A stretch of DNA of 64,000 nt from Macrostomum lignano. Taxonomy: Eukaryota. Location: assembly GCA_002269645.1 (NCBI GenBank), contig NIVC01000068.1:248001-312000 (forward strand). Reading direction: 5' to 3'. Within the stretch, counting starts at the first letter, position 1. Every line of letters starts with the position of its first letter. The notes under the pieces are model-generated. The model made no database searches and was not told the origin of the DNA. It worked only from the letters and a program-made list of their open reading frames with translations. The translations under genes and the position numbers were made by a program. Positions 46,026 through 59,510 of this stretch are shown one piece after another.

Positions 46026-49000
46026 GTGATGCAGCATCTGCTGATGCTGCTGCTGCTGCTGCACAAGCTGCTGCTGTTGAAATACCTGCTGGAGATAGAG
46101 AACATATTATTCTACATCGGTATTAATAACAATTGACAAAAACCTCCCAAGTCACAGAAAGTGCCCATGCCTGACAAGAGAAAATCAGAGCTCCTGTACA
46201 ACCTGTGTGAGAGTGCAGGACTTGTTTGCCATATCCATAGACATACCTGTTGCTGTTGTTGCTGCTGCTGGTGTTGCATTTCTTGTTTCATCCCTGCCAC
46301 TTGAAACAGAACAGTTTGTTGCTGTTGCGACGGCTGCTGCTGTTGCTGCTGTTGAGCAGTTTGTTGAGCCCCAGCTTTAGATTTTGAGCCTTTGCTTCGC
46401 TTTTTCTTCGGCTCGGCTGCTGACGCGGCGGCATTAGCGTTAGCGCCGCTTTGAACTGCTATGCCACCGGCGCCACCGGCTGCCGCTTCAGCGCCAGCAA
46501 CTGCGCCACCAGCTGCTGCGGCCGCCGCCTCCGCTTCGGCGGCTTTTCGTTGACGACGACGCTCGGCTTTGAGCACAGATTTGGGATCGGGCTGGCTCAC
46601 CCGCATCTCAGTGTAGTCTGTGAATACCTGGCCAAGCGATGAGGATTGGCTTTGATGGGATTTGAGGATGTCACTGCTGCAGGTCTGTTACCTAGCCAAT
46701 ACTATTCGTGAACGATGAGTAGATGCTAACAGGTAAATGAGCAGAGGATGAGCAGACTCAATAAGCAGACTCAATGAGCAGACTCAATAAGCAGAGCAGA
46801 CTCAATGAGCAGACTCAATGAGCAGACTCAATAAGCAGACTCAATGAGCAGACTCAATAAGCAGACTCAATGAGCAGACTCAATGAGCAGACTCAATGAG
46901 CAGACTCAATGAGCAGACTCAATGAGCAGACTCAATGAGCAGACTCAATAAGCAGACTCAATGAGCAGACTCAATGAGCAGACTCAATGAGCAGTCTCAA
47001 TGAGCAGACTCAATGAGCAGACTCAATGAGCAGACTCAATGAGCAGACTCAATGAGCAGACTCAATGAGCAGTCTCAATATGCCGACTCAATGAGCAGAG
47101 AATGACCAACCTCTATTAGCAAAACATGAGCAGAGGATGAGCAGACTCAATGAGCAGAGCATGAGTAGAACATGAGCATACTCAATGAGCAGACTCAATG
47201 AGCAGAGCATGAGCAAAATCAATAAGCAGAATCAATGAGCAGACTCAATGAGCGGAATCAATAAGCAGACTCAATGAGCAGAGCATGAGCAGACTCAATG
47301 AGCATACTCAATTAGCAGACTCAATGAGCAGACTTAATGAGCAGACTCAATGAGCAGAGCATGAGCAAAATCAATAAGCAGAATCAATGAGCGGAATCAA
47401 TAAGCAGACTCAATGAGCAGAGCATGAGCAGAATCAATGAGCAGAGCATGAGCAGACTCAATGAGCAGAGCATAAGCAGACTCAATGAGCAGAGCATGAG
47501 CAAAATCAATGAGCGGAATCAATAAGCAGACTCAATGAGCAGAGCATGAGCAGAATCAATGAGCAGAGCATGAGCAGACTTAATGAGCAGAGCATGAGCA
47601 GACCCAATAAGCAGAGCATGAGCAGACTTAATGAGCAGAGCATGAGCAGACTTAATGAGCAGAGCATGAGCAGACTCAATGAGCAGAGCATGAGCACCTA
47701 ATGAGCACAGAATGAAAAAGACGAGATGACATTACCACAGACAAGAGGTTAAATCGACTAATTTATCAGCTCACCAGCTCAGCGTCGGGCACAGGGCCGG
47801 TCCTGCCCAAGATTTGGTCTCGCATTTTGCGCAGAGCAATGTAGAATGGCAGTTTATCTGCAGCTCTGGGCAGCTGGGCGCACCTGGCACTGGAGGAGGG
47901 CATCACGAATACGGCGATGTCGTCTGTGCCAGGCAGGGGGCCCGGCTGCTTGCCCATGTAGAAATTCTTGTTGCCAACAAATGCCTCGTAGATGCCTGCG
48001 GGAGGGACACGGCAGCTTCTCTGCAGTAGATTGAGAACCTCACTCTCACATCGTAGACAGTCTCAGATAGTATAGAGAATAATCTTAACCCCAGGATTCC
48101 ATAGGGGAGAATCTCACTCTTGAGATTTCATAGAGAGGGTATCTCACCCTAAGATTGCATAGAAGAGTCTCAGTCTCAGCCATAAGACTGCATAGAGCAG
48201 AATCTCATCCATAAGACTGCATAGAGGAGAATCTCATCCATAAGACTGCATAGAGGAGAATCCGACCCCTAAGATTGCATAGAGGAGAATCTCACCCCTA
48301 AGATTGCATAGGGGAGAATCCCACCCCTAAGATTGCATAGAGGAGAATCTCACCCCTAAGATTGCATAGAGGAGAATCTCACCCCTAAAATTACATAGAG
48401 GAGAATCCGACCCCTAAGATTGCATAGAGGAGAATCTCACCCCTAAGGCTCTATCCTGCAAATCAAATCAATACCAACAAGCAATAAATCATTGTAGACT
48501 CTAATTACTCACCTTTGCCATTGAAGACTGCAATCTTCGGCTTGTGCCTGGTCAATTTTTGCAATAAAATTTCGGCACCCTGTTTCATTTCTTTCCTGGA
48601 AACAATATTCAATATGGGGTAGAGTTAAAACAAAGATAATTTCGATACATATCGGTAGCTAAAACGCTTAACTAAACAAGGAGACAGTAAACCATACCTG
48701 GTCAGCTCGGCGGCCCCTTTGATCGGGCGGGTAACGACGTTGGTAAAACCGATGCCGAACTGACAGATCCGATAGTCGTCATGGCAACTAAGCTGGGCGC
48801 TGATAAGCCCGCTCTCGGTCAGACAGGACCAGAAGTGGTTGCCAGGGCCCGCATAGTGATGCCCGGAGTACACGGCAGATAACATGGGGTTGAGGCCGAT
48901 CTGGGAGGTCAGAGAGCTGCTCAATGTCAGACTGTGAGACGGCGACTCAAAGCACACAGGTACTCACCACTACAATGTCCAGGCCGTCAGCGAGGTAGTC

Positions 49001-49621
49001 TGGTAGGGCGGTGATGGTGCTGGGCAGCGGCTGGTTTTGCTCGTCCACCAGCAGCTGGCTGCGGAACTTCTCGCAGCGGGAACAGGCGCCGATAGCGTTC
49101 AGCTCCAGGCGCTGGCGCTTCGTCAGCAGGCTGTAATTGGAGGGCTGGCTGTGTCAGCTTGGTGAGTGGCTGTGTCATGCAGCTGGGTATGTGGCTGTGT
49201 CAGCTGGGTGAGTGGCTGTGTCAGTTGGGTGTGGCTGTGTCAGCTGGGTGAGTGGCTGTGTCAGTTGGGTGAATGGCTGTGTCTGCAGCTGGGTATGTGG
49301 CTGTGTCAGCTGGGTGAGTGGCTGTGTCAGCTGGGAGAGTGGCTATGTCAGTTGGGTATGTGGCTGTGTCAGCTGGGTATGTGGCTGTGTCTGCAGCTGG
49401 GTATGTGGCTGTGTCAGCTGGGCGGGTGGCTGTGTCAGCTGGGCGGGTGGCTGTGTCAGCTGGGTGGCTGTGTCAGCTGTGTGTGGCTGTCAGTTGGGTG
49501 GCTGTGTCAGCTGTGTGTGGCTGTCAGCTGGGTGGCTGTGTCAGCAGACAGCAAATGGGTAGCACCTGACCTTTCCACATTTTTGGCTCCAGGTGGTATC
49601 ACAACAGGTTTGTTCATAAGC

Positions 49622-49653
<32 letters not shown>

Positions 49654-49986
49654 ATGCTGCTGCAAAAGCATCAGGTGCTGCTGCTGCTGTTGCTGCGGAG
49701 TGGCCGGAGGGGTCGGCAGGTGCACAGAGGTCACAGATGAGCTGGGCTGAGACACGGGACTCATGAGATGATTGACTTGTTGTTGCTGCTGCTGTGGCTG
49801 CTGAATGATCACGCCAGACTGCTGTTCTCCGTTAACCATGCCGTTACCAGGGACATTTTGAACGATCACTGGCTGCTGGGCATAGGAGACCGCTGAGCCG
49901 GTGTGGTGATAAGCAGGTGCGAAAGCCTGAGGCTGATGTGCAGATGCTGATGTAGGCAAAGTCAGCGCCTGGCCAGCTGCACTCAT
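45516..49986 (-). CDS. TDG: G/T(U) mismatch-specific thymine/uracil DNA glycosylase (UDG family 2), copy B, 678 aa. Exons 49986-49571, 49130-48968, 48900-48698, 48595-48513, 47995-47775, 46627-46247, 46085-45516
   Basis: Same 7-exon structure, phases and catalytic motifs as copy A; exon total 2037 nt in frame; no stops or frameshifts seen. Confidence 0.93.
46735..47710. repeat. Expanded AATGAGCAGACTC minisatellite in TDG copy B intron 5
   Basis: 13-bp unit dominates the first half, 24-bp modules the second half. Confidence 0.9.
48085..48450. repeat. 29-bp minisatellite in TDG copy B intron 4
   Basis: Unit AAGATTGCATAGAGGAGAATCTCACCCCT. Confidence 0.85.
49145..49545. repeat. 21-bp-based minisatellite in TDG copy B intron 1
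   Basis: TGGCTGTGTCAGCTGGG units. Confidence 0.9.
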
Positions 49987-51920
49987 CCTTTCAGCAGATT
50001 GTTTGATCGACGAAATTGAGCAAAAATTAACTAATACCTTGATGGACTCAGGTGTAAGTAACTAACTAAGCTGGATTATACTTATTCAGTAATAAAGCAA
50101 TAATTTTAGTGCTGTGCTGACAGGGTGATAGCGTCAAGTATCTCTGAGGGGATCCTTTGGGGGGAAAATTGATTTACGATCTGAAATAGGAATAGAAAAT
50201 CTTATTTTAATAATAGAATATTGCAATCATTAGCAATTTTTAATTGCTTGAACTTTATTTTTAAATAGTAAGTTTCAATAAAGTAAATGTCAAATGAGTG
50301 ACACAGTTGTGTAGATAATTTTGATTGAATGCTGAAATTTTAATCTAAAAATGCAATTGATTGTGAAATTAAATTAATCAAGTAAAGTACCTATCATAGG
50401 TAATACTAACAGAATATAATTATACCATTTGCAAAATAAGTTCTTTTGAAATACTATAAAAATTATATAGTCATTTTGTCTTTTAAGAAATTTTTGGTTT
50501 AAACATCCACTTGTAGGTATTAGTGCAAAAAACAGGCCATATTGAGACTTAAATTTCTTGTAAAAATTGGTACCACAAAATTTAAGTCCAATATCCAAAT
50601 CAAATGCTTCTTAAAGACTTAGTAAGTGATGAAATACCATGAAATTATGCTTAAATGTGTATCATAACAACATGTATGCAGGAAAAATTATCTGTATTGG
50701 TTCTATAAAGTTTGAAAAAATAACACTTTTCTATTCTTTATAATAGTTTATGCTATTATATTGTGTTGAACTTATACAAAATATTTTTGTTTCAATATAC
50801 TAAATATTTTGTTATACTATGCAAAATAGATTGAGGAATCATTTCTAAATGTATAGCCATAGGGGAATGACTATATAAAGGAGTGAATTTTGAGGATTTT
50901 TGAAGACTTTGAGAAAAAAACAGAGTAGAGTCAAAGAGCTCCTCAAAACTATCAAATAAAGTACAAGCTATATACAAACTTTTATAGAGTTAGATACAAG
51001 TTATTCCTTTCCAGAGTTCTAAGAATTGTTGAAAGAAATTTACTAAAAGGAAATGGGAATAATTTAAAGAGTTATATAAAGAAGAAAAATTGCTCTATGA
51101 CACAAATCTTAATGACACCTAGATTGGAAACCATTATATGTACTAGTAAAAGACTACTTAGACCATAATATATTAGACTGTTACAATAATACAGTAGACT
51201 AGTAAAAATTTAGAAATATAAATTAAATTATATAATTTTAATATACATAATTAATAACATTTATTATTTAATATAATAGTGTCAATTTCATCCTTAGAAA
51301 AGCCTACAATAGGAGTTCTGATACCAAAATATTAGGAAATATTGAAAACAAGAACATTAGTGCATACAATGGATATTAATATCAAGTTGGTACTTCTTTC
51401 ACTTGTTATTTGTAAAATTACCATAACAATCAAGACAGTTTACTAACTATGCTAAATATTAATTGTACACCAATATGAACAATAAGAAAATTCCACATGG
51501 CTTTTATATGCCAGATAATTTTTGCATGTAGGCCACCCTTTTGCATATAGATTATATATCAAAAACAAAATGACAATTGAATTATAAATGATAATCTTAG
51601 GCAGAAAACAAGGAAGTTAACAAATTAGATAAAGTCTATATTTTAGAGCATATTGATAGAATGCTAGAAAATTTTGGTAGGCCTATAAATGATATATTCT
51701 GGAATATGGTATTAGGTAAGCTAAGGTTGATAATAAGAACTACTAGATGTTACAATTGTATCAATATATAAAGAATAGGTTTAGGCCTTATATTAAATCT
51801 TTTAATAATTTGATAGTGTCCCACATTTAGGATCATATTATTTGTACAAGGAATATCTAGCATACATTTGTAACAACTAGCATATATTAGGTTCATATTT
51901 TTTAAGTCTTACAATGTACA

Positions 51921-52040
51921 TCTTTATCTATAAAAATGAAATCTGTGTATGTGTGTGTCTGTGGCCAATTTTGTTTGATATGGACTCCCAAACCACATAA
52001 CCAAATTATACCAAAATTTACACCCACCTTAAACTTTACA
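51921..52040 (+). mobile_element. Possible non-autonomous Helitron-like 5' end relic
   Basis: A/TCTTTATCTATAAAAATGAAATC followed by a short (GT)/GTCT tract resembles 5' ends of non-autonomous Helitrons; no 3' hairpin-CTAG end found. Confidence 0.3.
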
Positions 52041-52159
52041 CCCATCTGTAGAGCAAATTATTGCCTTTCAAAACTGAATATATATTAATATAAGATGACT
52101 GTTTAAATGATAAAAAGGCATGATCATATAAAAATGTCAAATTTTTTTCATACTATAGG

Positions 52160-52821
52160 TAGAGCTGTCAAAATTAGAGATTTTATTTGAGATGAGATTC
52201 GAGACAAGAAAGGCTTATAAGTTGAGAATTTCGAGACAAGACAAGACAAAGTAAATCTAAAAAATATATTTCAGAATTGCATCTTGTCTTGCTCTTATCT
52301 TGCCTTAAATTTCTTGATAAGATACAATTCTAAAATATATTTTTTATATTTTCCAGAATACTTTCTTAATTCTAGTTTAAATTCTTTGCTATTTATTCAT
52401 AAGAATTTATGCTTATAGCATTTAGGCCCTTGGCCATACTATGTCTATTATTAATTCGTCAAAAGACCTGTGTAGATTGTCTTTAAGTCTGCTATGATAC
52501 ACCTTGCTGCAGAACTGAAATGATAACTAAAAAAGTGCATATGCAATGCAAACTTGTATATAATGACATTCGTTAAATAATTGCTCAACATTGGCTAGAT
52601 TTTACCATTTGAAAATTGCCCTATCAAGCGTGTTACAACAAACAGTTGTATTTATATGAAAATTTGCTCCCCTTTTTATATCTTATCACTTTAAAGCTTT
52701 TGAAAAAAGGTATCAGAAAAATTCTTGAATCTCGTCTCGAATTTCTTGACAAAATTTGAGATTTCTCAAGACGAGAAAAAATGTTGAGATCTTGTCTCAT
52801 CGAGATCTTGTGACAGCTCTA
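52160..52821. mobile_element. hAT-type non-autonomous DNA transposon (MITE), 662 bp
   Basis: 11-bp TIR TAGAGCTGTCA...TGACAGCTCTA; 8-bp flanking duplication ACTATAGG (52152-52159) / ACTATAGC (52822-52829); subterminal GAGACAAGA/TCTTGTCTC repeats. Confidence 0.85.
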
Positions 52822-53189
52822 ACTATAGCGTATAGGAACGCAATCATTCTTTCATAAAAGTTTTCTTGAAATGATAGTCTTCTAAAACTAAATATATACA
52901 GACTAACTATTTAAATGTTTTTTAATTAACTTAGGCCTATAAAATGTTTTTTTTCAGTTTGAACAGACAATTAAGACATTTTTTCAATGGTGATTATCTC
53001 CTAAAACTAATAAGTTTGGCCCTAAGGCTAAGCAATGATTGTCATGTAAAATTATTATATATGTAACTAAACAATTATTTTTTTAATATATTATAAATAT
53101 ATAAATGAATGATAATAGTTTCATCAAAAATGAAAAAATATTTTTTTAATTTACGTCAATGTTTACATTGATACTAGACTAGAATAAGC

Positions 53190-53975
53190 GGCTCATTCCA
53201 TATAAGCATGGTCGTAACATGACAGGTTATTTTTACTTATAAAATGAAATCTAATAATAGAATATACTAAACCAATATTTTAAATGAAAGATTATTTTGT
53301 CTAGAATATATTTATAGAGTTTCATATAGATATCATCATTAGTATAGATGCTATTAAACCTTAAATGACACTTATGGTCGTAACGACAGGATTTTTGACA
53401 TATAGAAACTAAAAGGTAAAAGTCTTATAACATTTTTCATTTTTGATATTTTGCAATACATTTTTAAAATTTGACTAAGAACATCTTTAGAAATCATACT
53501 CTTTTATTAGAATATATAAACTCAAAAGGCAACAAAGATACAAAAGAAAAGGCAGCCTTATGGTCGTAACATTATGGTCGTAACATATTTTTTTCTGTCA
53601 ATTCAGTAACTTTGAGGTACTAATACATTAAAAATATAATAGATTAATTGGTCACCAATGCTTTTATCTGATGATACAAGTACTATACTTTTATCTATAG
53701 TTTGTTTCAACCTTCAAAAGCTTTCTATTTGTTTTTAAAAGGTACAAAATCTTAATGATGTCTTTTGCTTCGAAAAATGTCCAAATTTTTACAAAAATGA
53801 CTTTTTGCCAATTGATAACATACTAATCCAACATTTTACCATTCCTTTATTCTTAGATTGTATATATTGCACAATATAAACATTTGGTAAAAAAATAGGC
53901 TAATTAGGCAATGGCAAGCAAAAATATTGACTTTTTTCTATTTTCCAAATATGTCCATCTTATATGGAATGAGCC
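53190..53975. mobile_element. Non-autonomous DNA transposon, 786 bp, 17-bp TIR, 4-bp TSD AAGC, superfamily unassigned
   Basis: GGCTCATTCCATATAAG at 53190 and its reverse complement ending at 53975; AAGC at 53186-53189 and 53976-53979; internal ATGGTCGTAAC repeats. Confidence 0.85.
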
Positions 53976-56464
53976 AAGCATTAACATACAGATTTTTAGG
54001 CAACCATTGGTATATTTCACATATTAGTGCATCTTGTTTGGCATACTTGGTATATATAGGCCTAGTATATAATCAAATATATTTTTTGTAACTTCTAGCA
54101 TATCTATAGGCCTATGCCTAATATGATCCTGACTTCCATAGTCTATTTTGTTATAAGCCTAGTTATGCCAAAAATATGTTATAGTTATGGCTTATGCCAT
54201 TTAATAATTAAATTTTATTAAAATCTGTTTTGAAGTCAAGGCTCATGACTTTAAACTAGGCCTATAAGGCTAACATGATAATAGCTAGACTAAATAGGCT
54301 GAGCTATATATATGATCTAGATGGCTAGACCTATCTTATTGCATGGATGAGTAACACCAACAATAAATTGATATTAAATAGTGAGTAGGCCTGTGCCAGG
54401 TTGACATGCCCATATAATATAACATAAGCCTAAGCTATAAGGAAAGAAAGCCCAAGCATAATGCAAAGACCATTCTAGTAGGCCTAACAGTAGGCCTAGC
54501 AGGGACACTGGACAAGGCCACAAGGGTACATTGATCACAACTTTACAAGACAATGTAAACAAGTACCCAGTACCAGGAGGTACTACCACTACCATCTGAT
54601 GAAATAGGTCCTAGCGGTATAAAGGGGTGCCACCGAATTTGTCAACATCTAATTCGTCAACTCTGGTATAAAGGCTAAGCCTAGGGCCTAATAAAGCCAC
54701 AAGAGCTAGTCTAATCGGCTAATCCAATTGTTTCTATGATGAATTATAAGAAAAAATGCAGAAATTGTTAAATAGCGCAATTATGTGGTCAAACATCGAA
54801 TTGTAAGTTCAACGCACATTATGCACTAGAGGCTCTGTTTCGTAACAAAAGCAATCAAAAAAGGAAAATAAAGTAGCTATTTTTTTTAGAAAATCTTTAT
54901 ACGATGTATAATTAAAATAAAAAGATAAATGTCAAGAAATTTTACTTTTAGCATTCCTTAATAACTGATAGTACACTTTTATGCTATTTATGTTGATGCT
55001 TTCTATTATTTATACAATAAATTAAGCATAAAAATTAGTTTGTTGTTTAACTGCTTTATTCTTCGTGATTTACGGGCTCGATTCATGCATGAAGGAATAT
55101 ATCTATTCTATTCTTTCTATTCCTTCATCCATGGCTTGATTTTTTCGGCTAAGCGAGATGCTGTTGTGTTTCCTTATCTTACAAAGCTAATAGACCATAC
55201 ACCATACCGTTGCAGTTTTACGACAAATCGAAAACAATAGATATATATATATAAATCGATACATATACCTGCAAAAGGGATACATGCCTGCGATTTATAT
55301 ATATATTAGGCACGGATCGAATCTTATCATCATTAGTGCGTACATATACATGCAAAATTTCGTTTGCTTTTACGTGCCGGGTGCAGTTTCTGTGGTTATA
55401 ATACGTACACGTACGGCCATGTCAAGTTGACTTACTGTAAATTGTCCGGCCCGTCGTATAATAAAATAAAATGTACATGTATACATATACACAGTAGTAC
55501 ATGTACGTGCAAAAAACAGCATCAAAAAACGAGGATGTTTATGTAGCAGCAGTCAGGATGAAGGGCAACAGTGGGGTTGTTAGGGGCAGTGCAGATGAAG
55601 AATATCAGTGAGGATGTGAAAGATCAGGGAGCTGGGTGTAGCGCAGCAGTCGACGCGGATTAAGATTCAAAGAGTCGAGGGTATGCTACAGTAATAGCAG
55701 CAGTCACGGATTAAGATCAAGGATCGAGGGTGTAGCGCAGCAGACGTTGAATTAAGGATTAGGGAAATCAGGGTGTAGCAGCAGCGGCAGTTACATTAAG
55801 TGTAGTAGAGATGCCGGTGTAGATGAAGTTAGGTGAAAGCTAATAGAGTTTTTTCTCAGTAAATGCATATGACGTAAAATTCAGTAAACTTCAGTGGAAA
55901 CTCATGCAATGTCATTACCCTAGGGAATTTTAGCTCAGCAATTTGTTCCCAGGTCAACTCATGATTGAGCCTGCGATAAAAAAAACTATGAACCACGCGG
56001 TGGGGTTTATATGCAGGCTGAAATGTTCAGCTGACTAAAATCCCATTAAGCCTAGAATTGCAACTTTTTTTACGACACGCAAGGATGACAGACAGTTTGT
56101 CCTTGACTCTTCCTGACATGATGCAGGTTTATGCGGGCTTGTTCTCGAACCCATGCCCAGCATGCACACGCACATGATGCCTATATTAGTGTACAATAAT
56201 ACCATGGTTATACACACAGCAGGTTCCAGAGGGATCCCAGCTCCAATGCAGGAAACCTGAATAAATTTACAAATTTTTAAACCTTTGAATTCATTTAAGC
56301 TCTGATAGTAACTGTATGGAAGTCCACATTGGGAGGCTGGTGTAAGTAATTCATTTATCTATGCTTTTCAAAGCTCTAATTTTATATCTAGAGGTTCATA
56401 TTTTAGAACTAAAGGCTGTAATTCCAGATATAAAGCTTTAATTCCAAATTTACAGGCTGTAGTC

Positions 56465-57290
56465 TAGAGGCTGTAAATTTAGATCTAAAGACTACAACTA
56501 CAGATCTAGAGGCTATAGCTACAGATCTAGAGGCTATAGCTACAGATCTAGAGGCTATAGCTACAGATCTAGAGGCTGTAAATCCAGAACTAGAGGCTGT
56601 AAATCGAGAACTAGAGGCTGTAAATCTAGATCTAGAGGCTGTAAATCCAGAACTAGAGGCTGTAAATCCATAACTAGAGGCTGTAAATCTAGATCTAGAG
56701 GCTGTAAATCCATAACTAGAGGCTGTAAATCTAGATCTAGAGGCTGTAAACCCAGAACTAGAGGTTGTAAATCTAGATCTAGAGGCTGTAAATCTAGAAC
56801 TAGAGGCTGTAAATCTATAACTAGAGGCTGTAAATCTAGATCTAGAGGCTGTAAATCCAGAACTAGAGGCTGTAAATCCAGAACTAGAGGCTGTAAATCT
56901 AGATCTAGAGGCTGTAAATCCAGAACTAGAGGCTGTAAATCCATAACTAGAGGCTTTAAATCTAGATCTAGAGGCTGTAAATCCAGAACTAGAGGCTGTA
57001 AATCTAGATCTAGAGGCTGTAAATCTAGATCTAGAGGCTGTAAATCCATAACTAGAGGCTGTAAATCTAGATCTAGAGGCTGTAAACCCAGAACTAGAGG
57101 CTGTAAATCTAGATCTAGAGGCTGTAAATCCATAACTAGAGGCTGTAAATCTAGATCTAGAGGCTGTAAACCCAGAACTAGAGGCTGTAAATCTAGATCT
57201 AGAGGCTGTAAATCTAGATCTAGAGGCTGTAAATCCAGAACTAGAGGCTGAAATTCCAGAACTAAAGGCTGAAATTCCCGATCTAGAGGC
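56465..57290. repeat. 21-bp minisatellite, about 38 copies
   Basis: Units AGATCTAGAGGCTGTAAATCT / AGAACTAGAGGCTGTAAATCC. Confidence 0.95.
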
Positions 57291-57716
57291 TTTTACAGTA
57301 CTGTATGCAGTTCCTCCACGGCTAATGGTACATCGAACTCCCTTTTCAAAGCCTCGTTTGTAAGCCAGCTCAGCCCAGGCCGCATTGTGTATCCCATCGC
57401 CCCCAGAGGCGGATCAGCTTTTATTCCCCCCACCCGCCGAATCTCCCATCCGCTTTGCAGTTTCTATCGAATCCATCGAACCCAAATAATGAAAGGGCAA
57501 TCCCAGCCAAGTGGGGAAGAGAGATAAAGGGGTGGAAGGGATATCCGGAGGATTAGGACCGTCTAATTTTATTGACAGAGAGAGAAGGGAAAGAGGTGGC
57601 AGTGACGCAGCCTTCATCCTGAATATGCAGATCGGGGATAGAAAACTTGTATTGCCAACTGCTGCTAGCACTGCGGCTGTAAGACTGCTGACTGACTGTG
57701 GCACTGGGATATTCGG

Positions 57717-58130
<414 letters not shown>

Positions 58131-58420
58131 CGCAAACTCCTCAACCGCACAGTGGCAAACACCGAAGCGAATGTAGAAAAACAGACAAATGAGCCGCATT
58201 TTTCCTAAAGCACGAACTTTTAGACGAATTCAGTTTTGGGAATCGAAACTGGAGCGGCCCGCTGGCATCGATCGATAAAGGGAGTTCCTGGGGCGTCGAC
58301 AGAAATACCCCGGCTCTTCGTCACTCTTTTCGGTGAAACTCTGATCGATTTTCTGCTTTAAAATGATTATAGTGCTCTAAAAGAAGTTAAAGGGATACAT
58401 TTGTATGGAAACTTTAACAA

Positions 58421-59326
<906 letters not shown>

Positions 59327-59510
59327 TCTGTTGGAAAGACATGACAGAAAAGCCGGAGGCTGTTTAAGCCAGTCTTGCAGTGGCTGGAACTTGTCAGCCA
59401 ATAGAAACGAATGAAGGTATAAGTGCAGTATATAAACTCATTCACTCAGTTGGGTTTTTTGCAGCTTTATGTCTATACACAATAATATTGAAGGGCAGTG
59501 ACAATTTCCA

